Assembly: GCA_965242725.1 (NCBI GenBank)
Contig: CBDESZ010000025.1
Coordinates: forward strand, 224,001-288,000
Direction of reading: 5' to 3'
DNA length: 64,000 bases
DNA from: Alkalispirochaeta sp.
GTDB lineage: Bacteria > Spirochaetota > Spirochaetia > DSM-27196 > Alkalispirochaetaceae
Of the stretch, positions 8,945 to 17,753 are shown piece by piece. The first letter of the stretch is position 1; each line of letters begins with the position of its first letter. The translations under genes and the position numbers were made by a program. The notes under the pieces are model-generated. The model made no database searches. It worked only from the letters and a program-made list of their open reading frames with translations, and had not been told where the DNA came from.

Positions 8945-9912
8945 TATTCGAGTCCCTCCATGATCCGGTTCACATTGTACGTCATGTAGGAGATGTATGT
9001 ATCCCCCGGTTGACCCGGTGCGGCCAGAGATCCGGTGAGTAGGGAATGGACGGTCACCTCCCGGCCTGCCTCCTCCGCGACGGCGGAGACCAGGTCCCGG
9101 AGCGATCCGCTTGCGGTCTCGCCCACGAAGAGGGAATGGACTCGCACACGGCGGATGAGTTCCACCAGTTCCGCGACGGCACGGGGGGACGGGTCAGCCT
9201 GATCCGTCGTTGCAGGCAATACGGTTCCGACGACGGTAAAACCGTAGTCCCGTGCAAAGTAACCAAGGGAGACGTGGTCCACCACGAGTTTGCGGCGATC
9301 CCGGGGGATGCGGTTTACCCGGTCAAGGATATCTTCATGCAGTGCCTGCACGTCCTGTCGGTACGCGGCGGCGTTCCGACGGAACTCCTGTGCGCCGTCG
9401 GGATACGCGGCGGTGAGCGCCGCTTCAACGACGTCGATCCAGAGAAGGACGTTTTTCGGCGAAAACCAGACATGGGGATCGACTGCATGGTCGTGATCTT
9501 CACCTTCACCTTCACCTTCGTCTTCCTCATCATCGTCGCCGGACAGCCCGTCTATACTCTCCGACAACGAAACGATCCTTCCTCTCGCCGCCTGCTCCAC
9601 GATATCAAGTAAGCCTTCTTCCAGATCGAATCCGTTCACAAATACGAGATCCGCCTCCTCAACCGCGGCTATCTCCCGCGGGGTCACTTCATAGGAATGG
9701 GGATTCTGGCCGGAGGGTACGAGAATCGAAAGTGCCACCGCGTCTCCGGCGATGTTGGCGACGACGTCACCGATGATATTGGTCGTCGCGACGACGCGAG
9801 GGGACTCCGCCGCCGGCGCGGATTCTCCGGAACCGGCGGCAAAGACGGCTGAACCTGCCATTGTCGTGACGAAAAGGGTCATTGCCGCAGCTCGGCGGAA
9901 ATCGATGGTCAT
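8941..9912 (-). CDS. Zn/Mn ABC transporter substrate-binding protein (ZnuA/TroA family)
   Basis: VVATTNII, NPHSYE, NGFDLE, acidic/His loop, DPHVW, VDHVSLGYFARDYG; three His ligands suggest zinc; GGAG SD. Confidence 0.92.
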   Translation of the reverse strand: MTIDFRRAAAMTLFVTTMAGSAVFAAGSGESAPAAESPRVVATTNIIGDVVANIAGDAVALSILVPSGQNPHSYEVTPREIAAVEEADLVFVNGFDLEEGLLDIVEQAARGRIVSLSESIDGLSGDDDEEDEGEGEGEDHDHAVDPHVWFSPKNVLLWIDVVEAALTAAYPDGAQEFRRNAAAYRQDVQALHEDILDRVNRIPRDRRKLVVDHVSLGYFARDYGFTVVGTVLPATTDQADPSPRAVAELVELIRRVRVHSLFVGETASGSLRDLVSAVAEEAGREVTVHSLLTGSLAAPGQPGDTYISYMTYNVNRIMEGLEY

Positions 9913-9940
9913 ATGGTTACTCCTGTCCAAGGATACCGGG

Positions 9941-9970
9941 AAGGTAATATTAAGTAATACGTAAGGTCAA
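9941..9970 (-). promoter_or_regulatory. Promoter of the metal ABC operon carrying the same direct-repeat box as the RHH gene
   Basis: Minus strand TTGACC-TTAC-GTATTAC-TTA-ATATTAC-CTT; -35 TTGACC, 18 bp, -10 TACCTT. Confidence 0.65.
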
Positions 9971-9981
9971 TACGTGGCGGA

Positions 9982-10011
9982 TTGACTTTTATGAACGACG
10001 TTCATTATTAT
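9982..10011 (+). promoter_or_regulatory. tetR promoter with palindromic operator
   Basis: TTGACT(9982)-18 bp-TATTAT(10006); perfect inverted repeat ATGAAC-GAC-GTTCAT (9991-10005) in the spacer. Confidence 0.7.
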
Positions 10012-10016
10012 GCGCC

Positions 10017-10613
10017 GTGCCGAAAATTATAAACAACGTCCGGGATCGGCTGATCGATGAGCTTGAACGGATGTTCCTTGAAGACGACGGCGATATTTCC
10101 CTGCGTCGACTGGCCTGCCGTGCAGATGTCGCAGTAGGGACGATTTACAACTACTTTCCCGACAAGGACGACCTCATTAAGGCGCTCTTTCAGCGGGAGT
10201 GGCGACGTACAATGGAACGTGTCGACCGCGTCATGGATGTGGACGCCGAGGAACCGTCAAATCGCAGCGCCGCCCCCGATGAAAATACGCGATCTCATCT
10301 GATCCGGGTCAGGGCGGTTGTTGAAGTTGTCTATGACGATATTGAGCGAATCTCCCGTACCGGCGGGCAGCGCCGCAAGCTGGCGTGTTCTAAAGACAGA
10401 GAAACGGCGCCGTATCCTCTCCGCGTGGATGGCTGGCGGTGGCTCTGCTCAGCTTTTGCCCCTGTCTGGGAGAAGCTCTTCAGGACCGACCGGGGAGACC
10501 GCCTCACCGTTGCCCTCGTTGCGACGGCACATCGGCTCGTTGCATTGTTTCCCGACGATCGGGAGGGAAATATCGAATTTCTAGTTCAAATGGTTATGAC
10601 GGGAGAAATATGA
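10017..10613 (+). CDS. TetR/AcrR family transcriptional regulator
   Basis: ISLRRLACRADVAVGTIYNYFPDKDDL HTH; translationally coupled (ATGA) to the MATE gene. Confidence 0.9.
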   Translation: MPKIINNVRDRLIDELERMFLEDDGDISLRRLACRADVAVGTIYNYFPDKDDLIKALFQREWRRTMERVDRVMDVDAEEPSNRSAAPDENTRSHLIRVRAVVEVVYDDIERISRTGGQRRKLACSKDRETAPYPLRVDGWRWLCSAFAPVWEKLFRTDRGDRLTVALVATAHRLVALFPDDREGNIEFLVQMVMTGEI

Positions 10614-11983
10614 GAGTGGATCAAAATAAGCGGATTTCAATGCTTGCCGACGGACCGATCGGCGCGACCCTGTTCAAGTTATCCGCACCGGCGATTGCAG
10701 GAATGCTCGTTATCGCCATATACAACGTTGTCGATACCTTTTTTGTCAGTCTGCTGCGGGATACCACGGCCGTCGCGGCGACGGGTGTCGTCTTTCCGAT
10801 ATTTCAACTTATCGGCGCCGTGGGGCTGACGTTCGGCATGGGTGCGGCGAGCGTCATAAGCAGACGTCTCGGTGCGGGAAACCATCAGGGCGCCGACGAG
10901 ACGGCGGCTACGGCGTTATACTCGGTGGTGGTTATCGGCGTTGTCGCCTCGGTGATCGGCACCATCTTTGTCCGGCCGATCCTCACCGCCTTCGGCGCCA
11001 CCGAGTCGATCCTTGAAATGGCGACGCTGTACGGGAGGGTCATCATTGCCGGATCGATCTTTCAAATGATCAATATGGCGGCGAACAACATTCTCCGATC
11101 TGAAGGTGCCTCCCTCTACAGCAGTACGGGACAGATCATCGGGGCCGTCACCAACATCATTCTCGACCCCATTTTCATATTTGTCCTCGATATGGGAATC
11201 ACCGGAGCCGCCGTGGCGACCGTCATTTCCCAGGGACTCTCAACGGCGTGGCTTCTCGCCTTTTACGTCCGCGGGTATGGCGCGCTCCACCCCCTTTCCG
11301 TCGGGAATGTCCGACTGCGGAAGGAGACCTATCGGGATGTGATGGAGCTCGGATTGCCGACACTTGTGCGTCAGGTACTGGGAAGTTTTTCCTTTGCCGT
11401 CCTCAATAACGCCGCCGCGGAATACGGAGATAAGGCGATCGCGGCGGTGAGTGTCAATTTGCGCCTCTTTATGCTCCTGATCATGGCGTTGATCGGTCTG
11501 GCTCAGGGGTTGCAGCCTCTGGCTGGATACAACTACGGCGCAGGCAGGATTGACCGTGTCCGCCGGACGATCGCTCTCGTCTTTACAATTTCAATCGGTG
11601 GCGGATTTGTGGCGGGAATCGGCGCCTTTGCCTTTGCGCCGCAGATCATGGCGGTCTTTGTACCCCAGGATCCGCAGGTTGTAGCCATGGGTGCGCTGGC
11701 GATCAGAATGATGAGCGTTGCCCTCATTCCCGTCGCGCTGGTGATCATGTTCGGGGGCATTTTTCAGGCCCTCGGGGACGGAAAATCGGCGCTTATCCTG
11801 GCGGTCGGACAGCAGGGCGCCTTCCTCATCCCCATGGTCTTTCTTCTGCCCAGGATCATGGGGCTCAACGGCGTCTTTGCCGCGCAACCGGCGGGCTTCT
11901 TTCTCGCATTTCTGGTAGGATTGTTCCTGTATACACGAACGTCCGGCGCACTGCGTCGTGCGGAAGAAGAAGGAGGAGCGTGA
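10610..11983 (+). CDS. MATE family efflux transporter (MepA-like)
   Basis: [54 protein letters not shown]; about 12 TM segments. Confidence 0.92.
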   Translation: MRVDQNKRISMLADGPIGATLFKLSAPAIAGMLVIAIYNVVDTFFVSLLRDTTAVAATGVVFPIFQLIGAVGLTFGMGAASVISRRLGAGNHQGADETAATALYSVVVIGVVASVIGTIFVRPILTAFGATESILEMATLYGRVIIAGSIFQMINMAANNILRSEGASLYSSTGQIIGAVTNIILDPIFIFVLDMGITGAAVATVISQGLSTAWLLAFYVRGYGALHPLSVGNVRLRKETYRDVMELGLPTLVRQVLGSFSFAVLNNAAAEYGDKAIAAVSVNLRLFMLLIMALIGLAQGLQPLAGYNYGAGRIDRVRRTIALVFTISIGGGFVAGIGAFAFAPQIMAVFVPQDPQVVAMGALAIRMMSVALIPVALVIMFGGIFQALGDGKSALILAVGQQGAFLIPMVFLLPRIMGLNGVFAAQPAGFFLAFLVGLFLYTRTSGALRRAEEEGGA

Positions 11984-11984
11984 A

Positions 11985-12995
11985 ATGGACTATCGTCTCT
12001 TGGGAAACACCGGAATCAAGGTCAGTGAATTGTGTCTCGGAGCGATGACCTTCGGCAGGGAGAGCTCGGACGAAGAGAGCTTCGCCATGTTGGACCGCTT
12101 TGCCGACGCAGGTGGAAATTTCATCGATACCGCCAACGTCTACACCCGGGGAGAATCGGAAAAAATCGTCGGTCGCTGGCTGTCACGTCGCAATAGGGAG
12201 GATTTTGTCGTCGCCACAAAGGTGCGCTATCCCATGGGGGAGGGGCCCAACGATACGGGACTTTCCCGCAAGCACATCATCGCCTCCCTTACGGCGAGCC
12301 TGAAACGACTCAATGTGGACTATATCGATCTCTACCAGATTCACGGGTGGGATCCTCTCACGCCGATGGAGACGATTCTGCGGACCCTCAACGATCTGGT
12401 GCGGAACGGTCTCGTGCGCCATATCGGGGTGAGCAATGTGAAAGGGTGGCAGCTCCAATACGCTCTCGATATTGCCGCGCGCTACGACCTGGAGCCGTTT
12501 ATTTCACTGCAGCCCCAGTACAGTCTGCTGACCCGCGCCACCGAGTGGGAGCTCCTCGACGTCTGTGACGTACACAACGTCGCCGTCATACCCTGGAGTC
12601 CCCTGCGGGGCGGATGGTTGAGCGGAAAGTTCAAAAGGGGCATGACCGCGCCGCCGAAGGACTCCCGCATCGCCGCTGCGGACCAGCATGGCTGGGGCGA
12701 ACGGTGGGGTAACTATGACAATGAGTTTACCTGGAGCGTTCTGGATGCGCTCTTTGCGGTGGCGGAAGAGGCGGGAAAAAGTCCGGCGCAAGTGGCGCTG
12801 AACTGGCTGCTCCGGAAGCGTGTCGTCACCGCGCCGATTATCGGCGCGCGCACAATTGCCCAATTGAAGGACAATCTCGGCGCGAGCGGCTGGTCCCTGA
12901 CGCCGGAACAGATGCAAACCCTCGATGAGGTGTCTCACCCGGTCGCCAGTTATCCCTACAGTGCCGACGCCCAATGGCAGCGCGATCGACAGTAG
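11985..12995 (+). CDS. Aldo/keto reductase
   Basis: [49 protein letters not shown]. Confidence 0.93.
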   Translation: MDYRLLGNTGIKVSELCLGAMTFGRESSDEESFAMLDRFADAGGNFIDTANVYTRGESEKIVGRWLSRRNREDFVVATKVRYPMGEGPNDTGLSRKHIIASLTASLKRLNVDYIDLYQIHGWDPLTPMETILRTLNDLVRNGLVRHIGVSNVKGWQLQYALDIAARYDLEPFISLQPQYSLLTRATEWELLDVCDVHNVAVIPWSPLRGGWLSGKFKRGMTAPPKDSRIAAADQHGWGERWGNYDNEFTWSVLDALFAVAEEAGKSPAQVALNWLLRKRVVTAPIIGARTIAQLKDNLGASGWSLTPEQMQTLDEVSHPVASYPYSADAQWQRDRQ

Positions 12996-13079
12996 ACACG
13001 ACCACCCGGTTGCGACATCCAATGGGGATTCGCCTATCGGGCAGACGCCGTCTGTAATCGCTATGGGAACGATTGCGTG

Positions 13080-13101
13080 GGGAGGGGGAGAGCCCCCTCC
13101 C
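13080..13101. terminator. GC hairpin between convergent AKR and metS-like genes
   Basis: GGGAGGGGG-AGAG-CCCCCTCCC; no clear U tract. Confidence 0.5.
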
Positions 13102-13122
13102 GGTTGTACCGTTCGGCGGGTA

Positions 13123-13221
13123 TTACTTTTTCGCCTTCATGGCGATCGAAATGCATACCGCGGCGCCACCCCAGGTGATCGCCAGACCGAGTACCATAAA
13201 AATTATTGCTCCTGCAGACAT
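13123..13221 (-). CDS. MetS-family small subunit of NSS transporter (32 aa, absent from the ORF track)
   Basis: GGAGG SD; MSAGAIIFMVLGLAITWGGAAVCISIAMKAKK with the hallmark AI..M.....WGG pattern; directly downstream of the NSS gene. Confidence 0.85.
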   Translation of the reverse strand: MSAGAIIFMVLGLAITWGGAAVCISIAMKAKK

Positions 13222-13251
13222 TGTGTAACCTCCTTGCAGCTCACCTGTGTG

Positions 13252-14748
13252 TTACGCGTCGTCACCGGCGGAAGAGACGATCGCCTCGTCGGACCATTTG
13301 GTTCGGGAGAGGGCAAAGCCGATAACGACCACCAGTGCGGCGATCAGCCATCCAAAGACGACGACTTCCATCGTCGTATATCCGCCATAGTTCTCCGAGA
13401 AGTTCTCCACGAAATTGAGGATGATGCTGATGCCCAGAATGATCGGTGTAATCACCTTTATCATGATATTCCACCATCCGCCGATTGAAAAATCGGATGT
13501 TGTGTTGGCATGATCCCGGAGGTCCGTCAGGCGGAAGAGATACCCGATGACGATCACTTCCACGAGTCCCGCGATGGCGACACCGAAGTTGTTTATAAAG
13601 TAGTCGACAATATCCAGCAGATAGAGGCCGGCACCGGTGGTAAAGACGAGACTGACGAGGCCGGCGATAATTGTGTACCAGATGACCACCTTTTTCCGGG
13701 GAGCGTTCAGTTTATCGACAAATGAACGTACAACCACCTCGTTAATGGATATGAACGATGAAAGACCGGCGAAGGTCAGGGCGAGAAAAAAGAGGACACC
13801 GACGAGCACGCTCATCGTCGGCAGCTGATTGATCGCAGCCGGTATGGTAGCAAAGGCGAGAAAGACTCCGGAGAGATTTTCCGGCAGTTCCCCGCCGGCG
13901 AGATGCATCATATAGCCGAGGATTGAAAAGATCGCTATTCCCGCGAGGATGCTGAAACCCGAGTTAAGCAGGGCCGTTATGAAACCGTTGTTTACGATAT
14001 CGGCGTCCCCGGGCAGGTAACTGGAGTAGGTGATCATGATGGCAAAGGCGATGCTCAAGGTAAAGAATATCTGCCCATACGCCGCAACCCATACACTGCC
14101 GTTGAGTATCTGCGAAAAGTCCGGGCGGAAGAGAAGTTCCAGACCGGCCGCTGCACCGGGCAAGGTGACGCCCCGGATCAGAATGACCAGGAGCAGGACG
14201 ATCAGCAGGGGCATAAAGATCTTGTTAGCCCGCTCAATTCCGTCCTTGACCCCCGCGTACAACGCGATGAAGCTGATGACCCATGCGAATACGACGGCGA
14301 CGAGGATCGACCATCGTATCCCGCCGAAATGGAAGGGGCCGTCGCTGAGGCCGAGAAACTCGCCGACAAAAAAGTTGACCGGTTCGCCCGACCAGGAAAG
14401 GGTGAATGAAAAGAAAATGTAGTTTATTGCCCAACCGATGACCGCCACGTAGTAGACGGCAATGACAAATGAGATAAGCCCCTGCCACCATCCGATCCAT
14501 TCAAACTTCTGATTGATCTTGGCAAAGGTGAGCGGTGCTCCCCCCTTCATTCTATGGCCGAGGGCAAATTCCAGAATGATTATCGGAATTCCCGCGGTAA
14601 GGAGCGCGACAAAGTAGGGAATCAGAAAGGCGCCGCCCCCATTGTCGAAGGCCATATAGGGAAAACGCCAGATGTTCCCCAGTCCAATTGCGGAGCCCAC
14701 CGCGGCGAGAATAAATCCCACCCGGCTGCCCCATTGTTCCTGTTGCAT
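13252..14748 (-). CDS. Sodium-dependent amino-acid transporter (NSS/SNF family)
   Basis: WGSRVGFILAAVGSAIGLGNIWRFPY, GGGAFLIPY, WVAAYGQIFFTLS; AGGAGG SD. Confidence 0.95.
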   Translation of the reverse strand: MQQEQWGSRVGFILAAVGSAIGLGNIWRFPYMAFDNGGGAFLIPYFVALLTAGIPIIILEFALGHRMKGGAPLTFAKINQKFEWIGWWQGLISFVIAVYYVAVIGWAINYIFFSFTLSWSGEPVNFFVGEFLGLSDGPFHFGGIRWSILVAVVFAWVISFIALYAGVKDGIERANKIFMPLLIVLLLVILIRGVTLPGAAAGLELLFRPDFSQILNGSVWVAAYGQIFFTLSIAFAIMITYSSYLPGDADIVNNGFITALLNSGFSILAGIAIFSILGYMMHLAGGELPENLSGVFLAFATIPAAINQLPTMSVLVGVLFFLALTFAGLSSFISINEVVVRSFVDKLNAPRKKVVIWYTIIAGLVSLVFTTGAGLYLLDIVDYFINNFGVAIAGLVEVIVIGYLFRLTDLRDHANTTSDFSIGGWWNIMIKVITPIILGISIILNFVENFSENYGGYTTMEVVVFGWLIAALVVVIGFALSRTKWSDEAIVSSAGDDA

Positions 14749-14827
14749 GGTACAGATCCTCCTTGTGAGTTAAGGAAATAATGATTAGGACTAACTTTGT
14801 AACATCAACTATTTACGCCGTCAAGTT

Positions 14828-15526
14828 TTACGAGTCGCCGCTCCGGGATTTCCGGGCGGCCTGGACCAGGGCGGCAAAAATTCGGCGGAACTTTCTCCGA
14901 TGAAGCATCAACTCCGGATGAAACTGAACGCCTATGTAAAATGGATGGTCCGGTGCTTCGATTGTCTGGACCACACCGTTTTCCTCCCGGGCGGTGACGA
15001 TGAGCCCGCGACCGGCGTGCTTGATCGCCTGGGAATGGAGGGAGTTCACCCTCAGCGCCGCCGCCTTCATGATCCGGCGAATACGTGAGGTGGACCGAAG
15101 GCGAATGGCTTTGCGAAAATAGATCGCCGAAAGGGGATGGCTCGGATACCTGGCATTTTTATACGCCTTGTGTACCGCCGTATGAAGCGAACCTTTATGG
15201 GAAACCGCCATCACCTGGGCTCCCCGACACACCCCCAGGACGGGCATATTCCGTTGGCGCGCGACGGCGAGCCAGTGGAGTTCCATTTCGTCACGGCGAT
15301 GGTTATAGGGATACCCCGGTTTTTCCCGCCCCTTGAAATGGAGGGGGAATATGTCCCTGCCGCCGCTGAGTATGAGCGCGTCGATTTCATCGTCCGGGAC
15401 GTCACAGCCGGGGAAGAGGCGTCTGCTCCGTCCCCGTGCCAGCGCGACGGCGAGATAGAAGGGGAGATATGCCAGCCACGCGGTGCGATGACCGGTGGTC
15501 ACTCCGACGACGGGACGACGGTCCAC
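14828..15526 (-). CDS. Gamma-glutamyl-gamma-aminobutyrate hydrolase family protein (peptidase C26, class I GATase fold)
   Basis: LILSGGRDI, RDEME, PVLGVCRGAQ (Cys nucleophile), VNSLHSQAI, GVQFHPE; GGAGG SD before GTG. Confidence 0.88.
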   Translation of the reverse strand: MDRRPVVGVTTGHRTAWLAYLPFYLAVALARGRSRRLFPGCDVPDDEIDALILSGGRDIFPLHFKGREKPGYPYNHRRDEMELHWLAVARQRNMPVLGVCRGAQVMAVSHKGSLHTAVHKAYKNARYPSHPLSAIYFRKAIRLRSTSRIRRIMKAAALRVNSLHSQAIKHAGRGLIVTAREENGVVQTIEAPDHPFYIGVQFHPELMLHRRKFRRIFAALVQAARKSRSGDS

Positions 15527-15632
15527 TATTCATCCTCCATGCGACCGACCGCGGGAGGTCGCAATTGGGTTCCAGGTGTCGGGGATCGGTGCAGGTGAGA
15601 TCGGAGCGCCTGAACCTCGACCCGCCTTCCAT

Positions 15633-17048
15633 TCATCGATTGGTCACCTCCGGCGGCAGCTTACCGTATCGAATGAGAGACGCCAGGACAAAGAGAACAC
15701 CCAGGACAATAAACGGATCATCACGGAAGAAGACGTCGTTTTTCGCCCGGCGTCCTTCACGGATGATACCGCGCAGCAGGGTGAATGCCTCCCTGAATCC
15801 CGTTCCGCCTTCCAGGGAAGCGGTGACGTTCCGGAAGGCATCCCTGATTTGTCTGTTTTCCAGGATGTCCCTGCTCTCACGCCACGCCCGACGGACACGT
15901 TCAAATCGCGCCTCTGAACTTGATATATCCCGCACGGCGCTGATTAACCAGAGTCCAGGGATTTTTGTTCTCTGCCCCAGGGTTATGGGGAATTGTTTCT
16001 CCAGTGTGCCCCGGGTGGTCAACTGATAGAGCAACCATGGAATGTCCAGGCCGGACTCAACGGTCTGAAAGAGGCCCGCCCAGAATCGGGGATTGACCTC
16101 GAGGAGCAGAGGTTCACCTGTCGGTCGGCCTGTGGCGGGACCGTTTGAAATTTCCTCGCTCCTTTCCGCCGGGTCCGGTTCGGGAGGGCGCCACCGAAAG
16201 TCAAGCTCCGCTATGCCGTGCCACCCAAGAGGGCCAAGAAGTCGGCGTGCGGTATCCAGGAACGGCGTGTCGTCCACCGTTTCCCGTACGATGCCCGCGC
16301 CGGATTCCGCGGGATAGCGGTAGAGGTTCCGATATGCCATCGATGCAACGAGCGTTCCGTTTTCAAAAAGGACGGTCAGGCAGTAGTCGTCCCCATCGGC
16401 AGCTTCCTGTATGAGGGGGAGGGAGCCGCGGCGTCTGCGATACTCATCGAGGGCGCGCCGGAGCTCGGCAACTCCCTTGCACTGGACGATACCGCGACCG
16501 CCCACATCGTCCGGAGGCTTTATGAAGAGGGGAAAGCGATACGTACCGGCAATTCGTCCTATGGCGTCATCAAGTGTTCTTCCCTCCGTCTCGTCCTGCA
16601 AATTCACGGTACGGGGAACGGGAACACCCAGTCGCATCGCCGTCTTGTGGAGAGAATCTTTGGGGTGCACCGCTGCGATTGCATCGTACGGCGGAGCGGC
16701 AACTTCCATAAATGATTCAAACCGATCCCTGTTGCGTGCGATGATTTCAGTTTCCCTGAAAACGGGCATGAGAATGTATGGACGGCCGTCCTGCGGGATC
16801 CGTTTGCGAAGCTGTCCTTCCAGGTCGGAGAGAAAACGCTCCCGGTCTCCGTGAAGAGGCGCGTGAACGAATGTTCCGGTGACGTACCGTGAAAAGGAGA
16901 GAACTGTAAAGTCAACGTCATCACACCCCACCACCTCGATACCTCTCTTCCCGAGGGAATGTGCAATGACAAGTGACATGAGGCTTCGCCCGTACATGAC
17001 TACCACCCGTGCATCTGCAGGGGGATTTCGCCGTCGTAATGTGCCCAT
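15633..17048 (-). CDS. ATP-grasp domain protein (putative carboxylate-amine ligase)
   Basis: HPKDSL...LGVPVPRT, PLFIKP..VGGRGI, LIQEAADG, WHGIAELDFR, LLEVNPRFW. Confidence 0.85.
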   Translation of the reverse strand: MGTLRRRNPPADARVVVMYGRSLMSLVIAHSLGKRGIEVVGCDDVDFTVLSFSRYVTGTFVHAPLHGDRERFLSDLEGQLRKRIPQDGRPYILMPVFRETEIIARNRDRFESFMEVAAPPYDAIAAVHPKDSLHKTAMRLGVPVPRTVNLQDETEGRTLDDAIGRIAGTYRFPLFIKPPDDVGGRGIVQCKGVAELRRALDEYRRRRGSLPLIQEAADGDDYCLTVLFENGTLVASMAYRNLYRYPAESGAGIVRETVDDTPFLDTARRLLGPLGWHGIAELDFRWRPPEPDPAERSEEISNGPATGRPTGEPLLLEVNPRFWAGLFQTVESGLDIPWLLYQLTTRGTLEKQFPITLGQRTKIPGLWLISAVRDISSSEARFERVRRAWRESRDILENRQIRDAFRNVTASLEGGTGFREAFTLLRGIIREGRRAKNDVFFRDDPFIVLGVLFVLASLIRYGKLPPEVTNR

Positions 17049-17076
17049 ACTGTATACGCCAAAGATATTAAAAATC

Positions 17077-17220
17077 GGGAGGTATTCACAAGATTGTTGA
17101 TATACGGAGCGTAGAATTCTTCCTCAGAAGGAATTGATTCTGAAAGGCGTGTGTGAAACCGTAATTTTTCGTTGTGTCGATAATTAGTGTCGTCGATAAA
17201 CAATCTTCTCAATACTTCAC
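17077..17220. repeat. Imperfect 30-bp inverted repeat pair flanking an 84-bp AT-rich spacer
   Basis: 17077-17106 vs reverse complement of 17191-17220: 23/30 identical, core AAGATTGTT/AACAATCTT. Confidence 0.6.
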
Positions 17221-17259
17221 ATGACTTGTTCTCACCACCGATGTGCGGTACACATGCAT

Positions 17260-17715
17260 ATGGAAGAGCGTCGAGAATATCCTGCCCGACCGTTTGTCGG
17301 AGTAGGGGTCGTTGTGCTGCACAAGGATTCGGTTCTCCTCATTCGTCGCGGCAAGGCTCCACGGATCGGGGAGTGGAGCTTGCCGGGAGGTTCTCAAAAC
17401 ATCGGCGAAACGGTGCGGGAGACCGCACGGCGGGAAGTGCGGGAAGAGACGGCAATCGAAATCGGACCGCCCCGATTCCTGGAGGTCGTCGATGCGATTA
17501 TCCCCGACGAGTCGGGACGGGTGAAGTACCACTACACCCTTGTTGATTTCTGGGCGGAGTGGAAATCCGGTGAAATTACCGCCGGCGACGACGCGACACA
17601 CGTGGAATGGATTCCCCTGAAGGCCCTCGACTCCACACCATTGTGGGAGACGACCCGGCGGGTCATCCTTGACGCATTCAAGGCCCGAGGACTTGCGGAT
17701 TCATCTGGCAGGTAG
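17260..17715 (+). CDS. NUDIX hydrolase (ADP-ribose pyrophosphatase-like)
   Basis: REYPARPFVGVG, WSLPGG, Nudix box GETVRETARREVREET, YHYTLVDF, AGDDA. Confidence 0.92.
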   Translation: MEERREYPARPFVGVGVVVLHKDSVLLIRRGKAPRIGEWSLPGGSQNIGETVRETARREVREETAIEIGPPRFLEVVDAIIPDESGRVKYHYTLVDFWAEWKSGEITAGDDATHVEWIPLKALDSTPLWETTRRVILDAFKARGLADSSGR

Positions 17716-17753
17716 GCCGGTAACTCCTCCGGCCTGCCCTGCGTTCCGTTTCC

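Noticed and set aside
9499..9519. TTCACC tandem repeat in the metal SBP gene
   Set aside because: In-frame 6-bp unit encoding the EGEGEG part of the usual acidic/His loop; not a phase-variation tract.
17107..17190. 6S RNA-like structure inside the inverted repeat
   Set aside because: The interior does not form the long apical stem expected, and the arm mismatches are non-pairing.
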